This document shows positions 9,666 through 20,741 of a DNA stretch of 64,000 nt, piece by piece. Within the stretch, counting starts at the first letter, position 1. Every line of letters begins with the position of its first letter. Below the pieces are notes generated by a model. It worked only from the letters and a program-made list of their open reading frames with translations, had not been told where the DNA came from and did not search any database. The stretch covers positions 2,656,001 through 2,720,000 of the forward strand of contig JASGHJ010000002.1 of NCBI GenBank assembly GCA_047602405.1, given 5' to 3'. This DNA is from Anaeromyxobacteraceae bacterium. Its GTDB lineage: Bacteria > Myxococcota > Myxococcia > Myxococcales > Anaeromyxobacteraceae. A program made the position numbers and the translations under genes.

Positions 9666-10718
9666 CGGGCGTGCGCCGCGAGCCAGCGGTCGAGGGTGTC
9701 GGCCGCGCGCATCCGCACCGGCTGGGCGGGGCGCGGCGCGTCCATCGCGGCGCGGAGCTCGCGCAGGGCCGGCGCGAAGTCCACGCCGCGCCCGGAGAGC
9801 CGCTCGGCCGCCGAGACGGCGAGGCGCGTGTCCCCGTCGAGCTCGTCGCCCCGGAGGAAGTGGGCCCCCTCCCGCTCGCGCCGCGCGGAGGCCGCGAGCA
9901 CGAGGATGGCGTCGCGCGCCGCCGGGGCCACCGCGGCAGGGTCGGCCACCTCGACCGCGTCGATCCAGACGAGCCCCTTCTCGGCGAGCCCACCCCGGAG
10001 CACCTCGAGCAGCGCGGCGTCGAAGCGCGGGTGGCGCCGGGCGCGGGCGATCGCCTCCTCCCGGATTCTCCGGCCGCTCGAACCGGTTCGCGAACCCGAG
10101 GAGCTCCGCGAAGCCGGCCTCGGGCTCGAGCGTCCGGACCCGCGCGAGGAGCTCCCGGTCGCGCTCCGAGTCGCGCTCGGTCAGCTCCGCGGCCCGCGCG
10201 GCCTCCCGCGCCGCGGCGGACTGCGCCGCCTCGACGAGGAGCCCCGCGCCCGCGAGGAGCCCGGTGAGCGCGGCCAGGGCGAACGGCGCGCGCACGGCCA
10301 CCGGCGGCACCGCGGAGGCGAGCCCGGGGTGGAGCGACAGCGCCGCGAAGGCGAGCGCGGCCGCCGGCAACGCGACCGCGCCCCAGCCCGAGAGCGGACG
10401 GGTCGCCCAGGGCAGCTGCGAGGCCGGCTCCCACCGCCCGACGATGGCGAGCACGGTCACCGCCGCGAGCGCCACGCAGCCGAGCACGAGGAGCGCGTGC
10501 TGCGCCCCGCGGCTCTTGACCACCCAGTCGAGCGCGCCGCGCGAGGTCGCGACCGCGAGCGCCGCCCAGAGGAGGCCCCAGAGCGGCAGCGCCGCGAAGA
10601 CCGCGCCCCACACGAGCCCGCCGTCGTTCGCCCGCGGCGCCTCGCGGAGGAGGAGCGGGACCGGCACCGCCCAGAGGAGGAGCGCGAGCCCCAGGCAGAC
10701 GTCCGCGAGGACCGTCAC
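9662..10718 (-). CDS. Multi-TM membrane protein, frameshifted at 10064-10068
   Basis: About 5 hydrophobic helices then a soluble domain; removing one base gives RPEIREEAIARA and joins ORF 9662..10003. Confidence 0.65.
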
Positions 10719-12029
10719 GCGCCGGCGCTCCAGCCCCGCTCGACGAGCGAGCGGATGATGAGCTTCCCGCGGTGGCCCCAGACCGGGTGCGGCTCCCGCG
10801 AGCGCGCCTCGGCGAGGTCGAGCGCGATCCGGTGGGGCGTGCGCCCGGTCCGCCTCGCCTCCTCGAGCACCGTGAGCGAGAGCCGGTAGACGCCGTTCTC
10901 CCAGTCGTCGCCGAGGTGGCGCGCGATCGACGGGTCGCGGCCGACGTAGCCGTACTGCTCGTCGGCGCACGTCACGATGCCCATCCGGTTCACGAGGAAG
11001 TCGGGCAGGTAGGTGATCCCGCGCGCCGCGAGCGCGGCGTCGTCGCGGGCGGGATCCTCGAGCTGGTTGTTCGCGGCCCCGCAGACGACGGGCGCGCGGA
11101 TGGCCGGGATGGTGGCCGGGCCGAGCACGGCGCCGGTGGCGCACGGGGACAGCACGTCGGCGGCCTCGGCGACGATCGAGGTGTCGCCGCGCGCGACGGT
11201 GCGCACGGTGAGCCGGAGCCCCGGGAACCGGGCGCGCAGCTCCGCCTCGCGCCCGGGATCGACGTCGGTGCCCACCACCGCCGCGACGCCGCGCTCGGCG
11301 AGGTAGCCCACGAGCGGCGTGCCGACGTGGCCGAGGCCCATCACCGCCACCGTCTTCCCCGCGAGCGTGCCCATGCCGCGGTGGCGCAGCGCCGCCTCCA
11401 TGCCGCGCACGACCCCGAGCGCGGTCGGCACCGAGGGGTTGCCCGACCCGCCCAGCTCCGGCGGGATGCAGGTCGTGAAGCGGGTCCGCGAGAACACCGC
11501 CGCCATGTCCTCGACCGAGGTGCCCACGTCCTCCGCGGTGACGTAGCAGCCGCCCAGGCTCGACACGAAGGCGCCGTACTCCTCGTAGACGCGGCGGCGG
11601 AAGGCGGGCGTGCCGTCGTCCTCGCCGGTGCCGCGGGCCATCACGCCTTTCCCGCCGCCCCACCAGAATCCCGGCGAGCGCGTTCTTGTGGGTCATGCCG
11701 CGCGACAGGCGCAGCCCGTCCCGCAGGAACTCCCGCACGGTGTCGTACCGCCAGAACCGCACGCCGCCCGCGGCCTGGCCCCGGCAGGTGCGGTGGACGA
11801 CCGCCGACTGGAGCACGCCCGTCCCCGGCGCGAGGGACACGAAGAGGCCCTCGTGCCGGTCGAAGTCGCGGCGGTCGGCCTCGAGCTCCCGCGCGACCGG
11901 CTCGAGGGCGGGGTGAGAGGCCGCGAGCCGCTGGGACGCATCGTCCCACGTCAGCGCGAAGCGGGAGAGGCCCAGCGCGCGAAGTCCCGCCGCGAACGCC
12001 TCGGGTGTCTGGCCAGGGTCGATCGACAC
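10715..12029 (-). CDS. Glu/Leu/Phe/Val dehydrogenase family, frameshifted at 11666-11670
   Basis: GGVRF, LSRGMTHKNALAG, GGGKGV, TAEDVGT, MGLGHVG, GAANNQL, PDFLVN; GGAGG before GTG 12029. Confidence 0.9.
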
Positions 12030-12186
12030 GGGTTCCTCCGGAGGTGGGCGCCCCGTCTGTGTGCGCCGGGAACACCCGAAAGACAAGCCCGGTTCGCGGG
12101 CCCGGCCCCGTGAACTCGAAGCCGACCGCGCGTATAGGTTACCGTGCTCCCTGGAGGTTGCGTCCGCCTTGCGCTCGAGAACCCGA

Positions 12187-14347
12187 ATGTCCCGCTCGCG
12201 CCTCGCCCTCGTCGCGCTCACCACTGCGCTCCTCGCGTGCAAGGCGCCGACGTACGCGCCCGACGGAGGCGGCGGGGGCGGAGGAGGAGGCGGCGGGGGC
12301 GGTGGCGGGATCACCGTCACCGTGTCTCCGGCGCAGACCAGCATCGCGGTGAACCAGACCGCGCAGTTCAACGCCGCGGTGACCGGGACCAACGACACCG
12401 ACGTGACCTGGTCGGTGACCGGCGGCGGCACGATCTCGGCGAGCGGCCTCTTCACGGCCTCGTCGAACACCGGACTCTCGACCGTCACCGCCACGCTCGT
12501 CTCGGACGGCACGAAGGCGGGCACCGGGAAGGTGAACGTCACCGCCGTGTCGGGCGGCGGCGGCGGCCCCGCCTACGTCCTCGCCGCGGACCGGGCCACG
12601 CAGTGGAAGCCGGGCGTGAGCCTCAACGGCGGCATCCCGAACCGCACCGCGGTCTGCGCGACGCTCAGCGCGGCGACGTACGGCAACGGCACCTCCGAGG
12701 CCTCCGCCGCGATCCAGGCGGCCCTCGACGCCTGCGCGCCGGGCGCGGTGGTCCAGCTCTCGGCCGGCACCTTCCGGGTCAACGACTTCGTCCTCATCTC
12801 GAAGAACGTCACGCTGCGCGGCGCCGGCGCGGGCCAGACGATCCTCGTGAAGACGAACGGCTCCAAGCCCGACATCGACGGCGTCCCCGACGCGCAGCCG
12901 ATCGTGATCATCGGCCCGCAGCGCTGGCCGTCCACGTCCGGGGGCACCTCGGTGAACCTCACCGCCGACGGCGCGAAGGGCGCGACGTCGGTGACCGTCT
13001 CGAGCACCGCGGGCTTCGCGACCGGGCAGATCGTGCTCGTCGACGAGCTCTCGGACTCGCACTGGCGCGACTCGCCCCTCGGGCGCGGGCAGATCTGGGG
13101 CTCGCCCGACGGGCGGGTGACCTGGACGCTGCACAACCCGCCCCAGGACGTGCTCGACGATCCGCTCACGGCGACCGTCCCGACCGGCGGCGACGCCGCG
13201 TCCTGGTTCTCGCGGCAGGACCGGGTGACGAACGAGCTGAAGGAGAATCGCGAGCGTCTCGGGCAGCACCCTCACCTTCACGACCCCGCTCCACATCGAC
13301 TACCGGGCCGACGCGGCCCACAAGGCGCAGGTGACCCGCTACCCGGCGGACTCCACCCACGTGCGCGGCGCGAGCGTGGAGGGGTTCACGGCGATCGGCG
13401 GCGGGGACGGCGCGATCCGCTTCGAGGCCGCGTACCGCTGCTGGGCGAAGAACATCGAGGTGACCCAGTGGACCGGCGAGGGGTTCGCGATGAACCACTC
13501 GTTCCAGTCGGAGATCCGCGACTCGTACGTGCACGACGCCTCGTTCGCGGCGCCGGGCGGCGGCGCCTACGCGATCTCGTTCGCGAACGCCTCCTCCGAG
13601 ATCCTCGTCGAGAACAACGTCTCGCGGAAGACCAACAAGGTGATGGTCGCGCGGGCGAGCGGGGCGGGCTCGGTGTTCGGCTACAACTACGTGGATCACG
13701 GCTACATCCGCTACGCCGAGAACTGGGTCGAGGTGCACCTCAACGCCTCGCACATGGTCGGGCCCCACCACGTCCTCTTCGAGGGCAACTACGGGCCGAA
13801 CTTCGACAGCGACACGACCCACGGCTCGTCGGTCTACATGACCGTGTTCCGCAACTGGCTGCGCGGCACGCGCTCGACGTTCACGAACCCGGACACCGGC
13901 CACACCATCACCGACCTCGGGGGCGACCAGGCCGGCCCCCGGCGCTGCGCCGGGGCGCAGGCCTACTCGTACTGGATGAGCTACGTCGGCAACGTGCTCG
14001 GCGCGGCGGGGGAGATGTCCGGCTGGGTCTACGAGGGGCGCGGCACCGACGCGGGCTCCACGCCCTCGATCTTCCTGCTCGGCTGGGACGACAAGAACCC
14101 GTACCACGAGGACACGAAGGTCTTCGACACGGCCATCCGGGACGGCAACTGGGACTGGCTGCGCTCGACCCAGGCCTGGCACACCGCGGGCTCGAGCCGC
14201 ACGCTGCCGAACAGCCTCTACCGCACGTCGAAGCCGGACTTCTTCGGCGCGAACCCGTGGCCCTGGGTGGACCCGACCACCGGCACGACCTACACGCTCC
14301 CGGCGAAGGCCCGCTACGACGCGGGCACGCCGAACGTGGTGCCCTGA
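12187..14347 (+). CDS. Lipoprotein: poly-Gly linker, Ig-like domain, pectate-lyase-like beta-helix; frameshifted at 13245-13249
   Basis: Lipobox LLAC; VTVSPAQTSI..VTWSV; AIQAALDAC..VQLSAGTF..TLRGAG; removing one base gives ELKEIASVSGSTLTF and joins ORF 13331..14347. Confidence 0.75.
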
Positions 14348-14354
14348 GCCCGGG

Positions 14355-14915
14355 TCACCCCAGCAGCCCGGCCGCCCGGGCGGCCCGCGCGAGCCGCGCC
14401 TTCGCGCGCTCGTAGCGCTTGCGGACGGTCGCCTCCTCCAGCGGGGCCTCGCCCTCGCCGAGCGTGCCCGCGATCTCCCCGAAGGAGAGGCCGTGATCGA
14501 CGCGCAGCACGAGGAGGTGCTGGTCCTCGAGCGACAGCGCGGCGCGGAGCTGCTCGAGCGCGTCGAGGCGGCGCTCCCTCGAGACCGAGGCGGTCCGGCG
14601 GACCTCCGCGGCGATGCGGTGGGCGTCGGTCGACGGGAGCGCGCGCTTCCTCCGGCGCCAGGCCTCGTCGCGCAGGCGCATGGCCTCGCGGAACGCGATC
14701 CGGAAGAGCCACACCTCGAAGCCGCCCGGGCCGCGGAAGGTGCCGATGCGCCTCCAGACCTGCTCGGCGAACATCGAGAAGGCGTCGTCCGCGTCGTCGG
14801 GGTCGCGGAGCAGCCCGAGGAGGTAGCGCAGCACCGCCGGGCCGTGGTCGCGCAGCGCGAGCTCGGCGGCGCCCGCCTCGTCGCCGGAGGCCAGGGTGGC
14901 GAGCACGCGGCTCAC
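14355..14915 (-). CDS. ECF-type RNA polymerase sigma factor
   Basis: Region 2 (DADDAFS..WLFRIA) and region 4 (LSFGEIAGTLG..TVRKRYERAK); GTGA overlap with the kinase. Confidence 0.85.
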   Translation of the reverse strand: MSRVLATLASGDEAGAAELALRDHGPAVLRYLLGLLRDPDDADDAFSMFAEQVWRRIGTFRGPGGFEVWLFRIAFREAMRLRDEAWRRRKRALPSTDAHRIAAEVRRTASVSRERRLDALEQLRAALSLEDQHLLVLRVDHGLSFGEIAGTLGEGEAPLEEATVRKRYERAKARLARAARAAGLLG

Positions 14916-17230
14916 TCCGGAATCCCGGCGCGGCGCAGGAGCGCGAGGGCCCGCGGGTCGGCCCGCAGCCGCCGGAGCAGCGGGTCCCAGCGCGCCTCGA
15001 CCTTGCCGTAGGCGTCCGCGCCGAGGCCCCGCTCGAGCGCGGCGAGCGCCCGGTCCGTGTCGCCCCACCAGGCGTAGATGGTGGCCTGCCCGTAGTGCGT
15101 GTCGGCGCCGAACTGCAGGATCATCTCGTCGAGCGCGGCCTGCGCCTCGGCCTGCCGCCCGAGGTCGTGGTACGCGAGCGCCCGCCCGCGGAGGAGCGCG
15201 GACCGGGAGACCCCCTCGCGCCCGAAGTGCTCGAGCGCGTCGAGCGGCCTCCCCTCCTCGAGGTCGAGGTAGCCGAGGAGCGAGTTCGCCCAGGTGCGCG
15301 GCGAGAGCGCGACCGCGCGCTCGACGGCCGCGCGCGCCTCCGCCAGCCGGCCCGCGCCCCAGTACGCGCGCCCGAGCCAGGTCCAGTGGACGGTGGTCAA
15401 GGGATCGAGGTCGGCCGCCCGGCGCATGAGCGCGATGGCCTCGTCGAAGCGCGCGCCGTCCTGGAGCGCGAAGGCACCGGCCCGCCGCAGCACCTCGGGG
15501 TTCCCCGCCTCGAGCGCGAGCGCCCGCCGGAAGTCCTCGCGCGCGCCCTCCCAGTCGAGGCCGCAGTTCACCCGGAGCCACCCGCGCACGGCGCGGGCCT
15601 CGCCGAGCGCGGGCGCGAGCGCCACGGCGCGGTCCGCGGCGGAGAGCCCCCGCGCGCACCGCTCCGGGAACGGGATGGTCTCGGTCGGGATCTGCGAGAA
15701 CTCGAGGCCGGCGCGGAGCGCCCAGGCCTCGGCGAACCCCGGGTCGAGCTCGGTGGCCCGGCGGATCCCGGCGAGCAGCGCGGGCCAGTCGTCGCCGTCG
15801 CCGTAGACGACGGTCCGGACCCGCAGGTACGTCTCGTACGCCTCCGGCGCGGGCGTCCGCGCGCCCGCGGCGGGCGCGGCCGCCGCCTCGCCGTCGAGCC
15901 CCAGCGCCTCCACGATGGCCGCCGCGACCCGCCGCTGCAGCTCGAAGGCGCCCCCCGCGGCCCTGGCGGTGAGCGTGCGCGACCAGAGCGCCTTCCCGTC
16001 GGAGGCCCGCACGAGGCGCGCCTCCACCTCGAGATCGTCGCCCGCGCGGCGGAGCGCGCCCTCGACGAGCGCTCCGACCCCGAGCCGCGCCCCGGCCTCC
16101 GCGGGCGAGAGCCCGCGCGCGCGGCGAGAGGAGGCGAACCCCGTGACGCGGAGCCCGGCGCGGCGCGCGAGCCCCTCCTGCACCTCGGCCGCGAGGCCGT
16201 CGGCGAGGTGGCCCTGGTCGTGCGCCGGCGAGGCGTCCTCGAACGGCAGCACCGCCACCGCGAGGCCCGGGAGCTCCACGCGGGCCGGGCGGGTGAGCCA
16301 GAGCCAGCCGCCCGCCATCGCCGCGACGGCGAGCGCGGCGGCGCCGGTCGCGAGCCAGGTGGCCCGCCGCGCCGCCTCCCGCTCCGGCGACGCCTGCGCG
16401 AGCGCCGCGAGGACGTCGCCCGCGTCGCGGTACCGGTCGGCGGGCGCCTCCGCCTGCATGCGCGCGAGGACCTCCCCGAGCCGGCCCGGGGGCGCCTTCC
16501 ACCTCCGGTCGCCCGCCAGCGTGGCCCCGAGCATCGTCCCGAGGAGCGCCCCGAGCGCCCACACGTCGGTGCGCGCGTCCTCCTCGCCGCCCGCGCGCTG
16601 CTCGGGCGCCATGAACCCCGGGGTGCCGCCGTCGACCCGCTCGCGGCCGAAGGCCTGCGCCATCCCGAGGTCGAGGATCTTCACGCGCCCATCGTCGCAG
16701 ACGAACACGTTGCCGGGCGCGAGGTCGCGGTGCACGACGCCCGCCGCGTGCGCGTGGGCGAGGCCGCGCGCGACCTCGGTCGCGATCCGGAGCGCCTCCC
16801 CGCGGGGCAGCGGGCCACGCGCCGCGCGGGCGCCGACCGTCTCGCCGCGGAGGAGCTCGAGCACGAGGTAGGGCCCGTGCTCGCTCCGCCCGAGATCGAA
16901 GAGCGTGACGATGTTCGGGTGCGAGAGCCGGGCCGCCGCCTCCGCCTCGAGGAGGAGCCGCGCCTCGCGCGCCGGGTTGCGCCGGCCGGGGCGCACGAGC
17001 TTGAACGCGACCGTGCGGCCGAGCTCGACGTCGAGCGCCTCGTACACGACGCCGAACCCGCCGCGCCCGAGGACCTCGCGGAGCTCGAAGCGGCCGACGC
17101 GGGTGCCGGGGGCGAGCGCGGGCTCGTCGGCGCCGGGGCCGGGCGCGGGCGAGCGGAACAGCTCCTCCAGCAGCGCCGACATCGCGCCGGGCTGGACGCT
17201 GACCTGCTCGACCGATCCCTCGTAGGACAT
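14912..17230 (-). CDS. Hanks-type Ser/Thr kinase with TM, TolB-N-like domain and TPR repeats
   Basis: LGRGGFGVV, VAFK, HRDLAPGN, DLG, GTPGFMAPE, DVWALG; AVAVLPFED; TPRs; GGAGG RBS. Confidence 0.9.
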   Translation of the reverse strand: MSYEGSVEQVSVQPGAMSALLEELFRSPAPGPGADEPALAPGTRVGRFELREVLGRGGFGVVYEALDVELGRTVAFKLVRPGRRNPAREARLLLEAEAAARLSHPNIVTLFDLGRSEHGPYLVLELLRGETVGARAARGPLPRGEALRIATEVARGLAHAHAAGVVHRDLAPGNVFVCDDGRVKILDLGMAQAFGRERVDGGTPGFMAPEQRAGGEEDARTDVWALGALLGTMLGATLAGDRRWKAPPGRLGEVLARMQAEAPADRYRDAGDVLAALAQASPEREAARRATWLATGAAALAVAAMAGGWLWLTRPARVELPGLAVAVLPFEDASPAHDQGHLADGLAAEVQEGLARRAGLRVTGFASSRRARGLSPAEAGARLGVGALVEGALRRAGDDLEVEARLVRASDGKALWSRTLTARAAGGAFELQRRVAAAIVEALGLDGEAAAAPAAGARTPAPEAYETYLRVRTVVYGDGDDWPALLAGIRRATELDPGFAEAWALRAGLEFSQIPTETIPFPERCARGLSAADRAVALAPALGEARAVRGWLRVNCGLDWEGAREDFRRALALEAGNPEVLRRAGAFALQDGARFDEAIALMRRAADLDPLTTVHWTWLGRAYWGAGRLAEARAAVERAVALSPRTWANSLLGYLDLEEGRPLDALEHFGREGVSRSALLRGRALAYHDLGRQAEAQAALDEMILQFGADTHYGQATIYAWWGDTDRALAALERGLGADAYGKVEARWDPLLRRLRADPRALALLRRAGIPE

Positions 17231-17420
17231 CGACCGCTCCCCCTCCTGCCTGCTCGTCGATCTCATGCACGGCCGGGAGGCCGTGCGCCACCCGGGAGGC
17301 ACCGGACACGCCGGTGTCGCGCCGCGTCAGCGGCGGCGCGAGCGCCCGGCCCCCGGCCAGCTTAGGACCCGGGGGTGCTCGCGACGGCGCCCCCCGCCGT
17401 GAGCCGAGGGGAGCCTCCAC

Positions 17421-19763
17421 ATGCCGGACCTCCGCCGCGCCTCCCGGCCCGCGCTCGTCGCGCTCGCCTGCCTCTGGGGCTGCGCGAACCCGCCGGCCGA
17501 GGCGTCGAAGGCCGCCTCCGCGCCCGCGCGGATCGACGGCTTCGCCGACCTGCACGTGCACCAGTTCGCGAACCTCGGGTTCGGCGGCCTCATGCTGTGG
17601 GGCGCGCCGTGGGATCCGAGCGGGGACCTCGCGAAGGCGGTCCCGCGTTGCGACTTCGCCGACGTCGCCGCGGTGACGCCGCTCGGCCTGCCGGTGCTCC
17701 CGGTCCCCTTCCTCGGCACGCCGGTCCACGGCGCCTTCGGGCTCGGCGATCTCATCGGCCTCGCCGTCACGGGCCGGGTCGGCCACGGCGTCGGCGGCGC
17801 GCCCGACTTCGACGGCTGGCCGCACTGGAAGACCGCGACGCACCAGCAGGCGCACGTCGACTGGCTGAGGCGCGCGCACGACGGCGGCCTGAAGCTGATG
17901 GTGCTCCACGCGGTGAACAACAGCGTGCTGTGCCACCTCTCCAACCAGCGGCCCGGCTTCGGCTGCGCCGACATGGACGCGGTCGACCGTCAGCTCGCCG
18001 CGGCGCACGCCCTCGAGGCGTGGATCGACCAGCAGGCCGGCGGCCCCGGCCTGGGCTGGTACCGCATCGTCACCTCCGGCCGCGCGGCGCGCCAGGCCAT
18101 CGAGCGCGGCCAGCTCGCGGTGGTGCTCGGGATGGAGGTCGACGACCTCTTCGGCTGCAACGCGGGCGGCTGCACGGAGGCGTCGGTCGCGGCCGCGCTC
18201 GACCACTACCACGCGCTCGGCGTCCGCACGCTCTACCCGGTCCACGTCTTCGACAACGCCTTCGGCGGCGCGGCCGTCTACCACCCGCTCTTCGACTACG
18301 CGAACAAGCTCGCGACCGGCGACTGGTTCCACCTGCGCGACTGCTCCGCGGAGGGCTTCCAGTACCGCCAGGCCGTGGATCCGGCGCTCGCGCTCCTCTT
18401 CGGGAGCCTCACGCCTCCCGCCTCCCCACCCGGCGCCCACTGCAACGCGCGCCCGCTCCAGCCGCTCGGCCGCGCGCTCGTCTCCGCGATGATGGACCGC
18501 GGCATGATCGTCGACGTCGACCACCTGGACGCCCTCGCGCTCGACGAGGCGCTCGGGATGGCCGAGGCCCGGCGCTACCCGGGCGTCGTGATGGGCCACG
18601 CCTCGTACCTCGACATCAACCTGGGGCCGCTGCGCTCGGAGGGCGCGAAGCCGGGGCGGCAGCTCGACCGGCTGCGCGCGCTCGGCGGGGTCCCGGCGGT
18701 GATCCTCCACCAGGGCTCGACCGCCGAGATCGGCACGTTCCCGGCCGGCGGCGCGGCGACCTCCTTCGTCGCGTCCCGCGTCCCGAACGACTGCGGCACC
18801 TCCTCGCGCTCGCTCGCGCAGGTGTACCTGCACGTCGCGGAGGCGATGCGCGGCGGCGCGGTCGCGTTCGGCAGCGACCTGAACGGCATGGCGCTCGAGC
18901 CCGCCCCGCGCTTCGGCCCGGACGCGTGCGACGGCGACCGGAGGGCCGACCAGGGCACGCCGTTCACCTACCCCTTCACGCTCGCGGGCCGGAGCTTCGA
19001 CCGCGCCGCCGCGGGCAGTCGCCGGTTCGACTTCAACGTCGACGGCATGGCGCACATCGGCATGTACCCGGACCTCATCCACGACCTCTCGGCCTCCGGG
19101 GTCTCGGACGCCGACCTCGCGCCCCTCTTCTCGTCCGCCGAGGCGTACGTCGCGATGTGGGAGCGGCTCGAGAGCGTCCCGCCGGTCGCGCGCGCGCGCG
19201 ACGTCGAGGTGGAGGCCGGGCCGGACTGCACCGCGGCCGCCGCGGTGGACGCGGGCTCGTACGATCCCGACGGCGGCCCGGTGACCGTGACCCAGTCGCC
19301 GCCCGGCCCCTACGCCCCCGGCCGGACGACCGTCACCCTCACCGTCACCGACGCGAGCGGCGCGAGCGCCAGCGCGACCGCGACGGTCACGGTGGTCGAC
19401 CGGGCCGGGCCGACGCTCACGGCCGTCACCGCGACGCCCGGCGTGCTGTGGCCCCCGAACCACGCGCTCGTGGACGTGACGATCGGCTACGGGCTCGCCG
19501 ACGCCTGCGCGGCGAGCGCCGGCGCACCGCCCGGCGCGGTGCTCTCGGTGACGGCGCGCGAGGGCACGGTCCCGGTCGCGCCCGATCGCTGCCGGGAGGA
19601 CGTCGTCGTCGTCGACGCGCACCACGTGAGGCTCCGCGCCGAGCGCGCCGGCCGGGGGCCCGGGCGGACGTACACCGTGACCGTGACCGCGACCGACGCC
19701 TCCGGCAACTCGACCGAGGGTGCGATCGACGTGGTGGTGCCGCACGACCGGGGCCACCCGTAG
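17421..19763 (+). CDS. Lipoprotein with amidohydrolase/membrane-dipeptidase-like TIM barrel and C-terminal Ig-like (HYR/PKD) domains
   Basis: LWGC lipobox; GFADLHVH, LGMEVD, DVDHLD, GSDLNG, GMAHIGMYPD; SYDPDG and LWPPNH Ig-like motifs. Confidence 0.75.
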   Translation: MPDLRRASRPALVALACLWGCANPPAEASKAASAPARIDGFADLHVHQFANLGFGGLMLWGAPWDPSGDLAKAVPRCDFADVAAVTPLGLPVLPVPFLGTPVHGAFGLGDLIGLAVTGRVGHGVGGAPDFDGWPHWKTATHQQAHVDWLRRAHDGGLKLMVLHAVNNSVLCHLSNQRPGFGCADMDAVDRQLAAAHALEAWIDQQAGGPGLGWYRIVTSGRAARQAIERGQLAVVLGMEVDDLFGCNAGGCTEASVAAALDHYHALGVRTLYPVHVFDNAFGGAAVYHPLFDYANKLATGDWFHLRDCSAEGFQYRQAVDPALALLFGSLTPPASPPGAHCNARPLQPLGRALVSAMMDRGMIVDVDHLDALALDEALGMAEARRYPGVVMGHASYLDINLGPLRSEGAKPGRQLDRLRALGGVPAVILHQGSTAEIGTFPAGGAATSFVASRVPNDCGTSSRSLAQVYLHVAEAMRGGAVAFGSDLNGMALEPAPRFGPDACDGDRRADQGTPFTYPFTLAGRSFDRAAAGSRRFDFNVDGMAHIGMYPDLIHDLSASGVSDADLAPLFSSAEAYVAMWERLESVPPVARARDVEVEAGPDCTAAAAVDAGSYDPDGGPVTVTQSPPGPYAPGRTTVTLTVTDASGASASATATVTVVDRAGPTLTAVTATPGVLWPPNHALVDVTIGYGLADACAASAGAPPGAVLSVTAREGTVPVAPDRCREDVVVVDAHHVRLRAERAGRGPGRTYTVTVTATDASGNSTEGAIDVVVPHDRGHP

Positions 19764-19827
19764 CCGGCCCGATATCGAGCGCGCAGCCGTTCGCGACAGC
19801 CGCGCCCCGGGGCGGTAAGGTCGGGGC

Positions 19828-20655
19828 ATGTCGCTCGGCAAGAAGATCGCGTTCCTCGGCACCGGCAACATGGCCGAGGCCCTCGTGAAGGGCCTCCTGC
19901 GCGCGGGCAGCGCCGCGAAGGAGGAGATCGTCTGCTCGGAGCCGCGGGCGCCGCGGCGCGAGGAGATCGCGCAGCGCTACGGCGTGGTGGTGACCGGCGA
20001 CAACCGGGGGGCCGCCGAGGCCTCCGACATCCTCGTGCTCTCGGTGAAGCCACAGACCATGGACGCGCTCCTCGAGGAGATCGCGCCCGCCATCGACCAC
20101 AAGAAGCTCGTCGTCTCCATCGCCGCCGGCATCCCGATCTCCGCCATCGCCCGCAAGCTCGGCGCCGGCGTCCGCATCGTCCGCACGATGCCCAACACCC
20201 CCGCCCTCGTCGGCGCGGGCGCGACCGCGCTCGCCCGCGGCTCCCACGCCACCGACGCCGACCTCGCCGAGGTGAAGCGCCTCTTCGAGGCGGTCGGCAT
20301 CGCCCACGTGGTCGAGGAGCACCACCTCGACGCCGTCACCGGCCTCTCCGGCTCCGGTCCCGCGTTCATCTTCGTCGCCATCGAGGCGCTCGCCGACGGC
20401 GGCGTGAAGGTGGGGCTGGCCCGCCCGGTCGCCCTGGCGCTCGCCGCCCAGACCGTGCTCGGCTCGGCGAAGCTCATCCTGGAGACCGGGGCGCACCCCG
20501 GGCAGCTGAAGGACCAGGTGACGAGCCCGGGCGGCACCGCCATCGCCGGCGTGCACGCGATGGAGGTCGCCGGGGTCCGGGCCGGCCTCATCGCCGCCGT
20601 GGAGGCCGCCACGAACCGCTCCCACGAGCTCGGGGAGAAGGCGAAGAAGGACTGA
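19828..20655 (+). CDS. proC: Pyrroline-5-carboxylate reductase
   Basis: GTGNMA, RTMPNTP, GLSGSGPAF, VTSPGGT. Confidence 0.97.
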   Translation: MSLGKKIAFLGTGNMAEALVKGLLRAGSAAKEEIVCSEPRAPRREEIAQRYGVVVTGDNRGAAEASDILVLSVKPQTMDALLEEIAPAIDHKKLVVSIAAGIPISAIARKLGAGVRIVRTMPNTPALVGAGATALARGSHATDADLAEVKRLFEAVGIAHVVEEHHLDAVTGLSGSGPAFIFVAIEALADGGVKVGLARPVALALAAQTVLGSAKLILETGAHPGQLKDQVTSPGGTAIAGVHAMEVAGVRAGLIAAVEAATNRSHELGEKAKKD

Positions 20656-20741
20656 CCGCCGCGCGCGCGGCGGGCTGGCGAGACGGCTCCGGAGCGCCGC
20701 GCGTTCCTTCCCCCGCCCCTTCGGGTAGGATGCGCCCTCGC

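Noticed and set aside
12030..12186. Structured leader RNA upstream of the amino-acid dehydrogenase
   Set aside because: GC-rich hairpins are expected by chance and no recognisable riboswitch consensus is present.
12264..12309. GGN-rich tract as a phase-variable repeat
   Set aside because: In-frame poly-Gly linker with mixed codons after a lipobox; an ordinary tether.
14918..14926. GAATC at the kinase 3' end as a fifth GATC-type frameshift
   Set aside because: The existing frame gives a clean GTGA stop/start overlap with the ECF gene, so no correction is needed.
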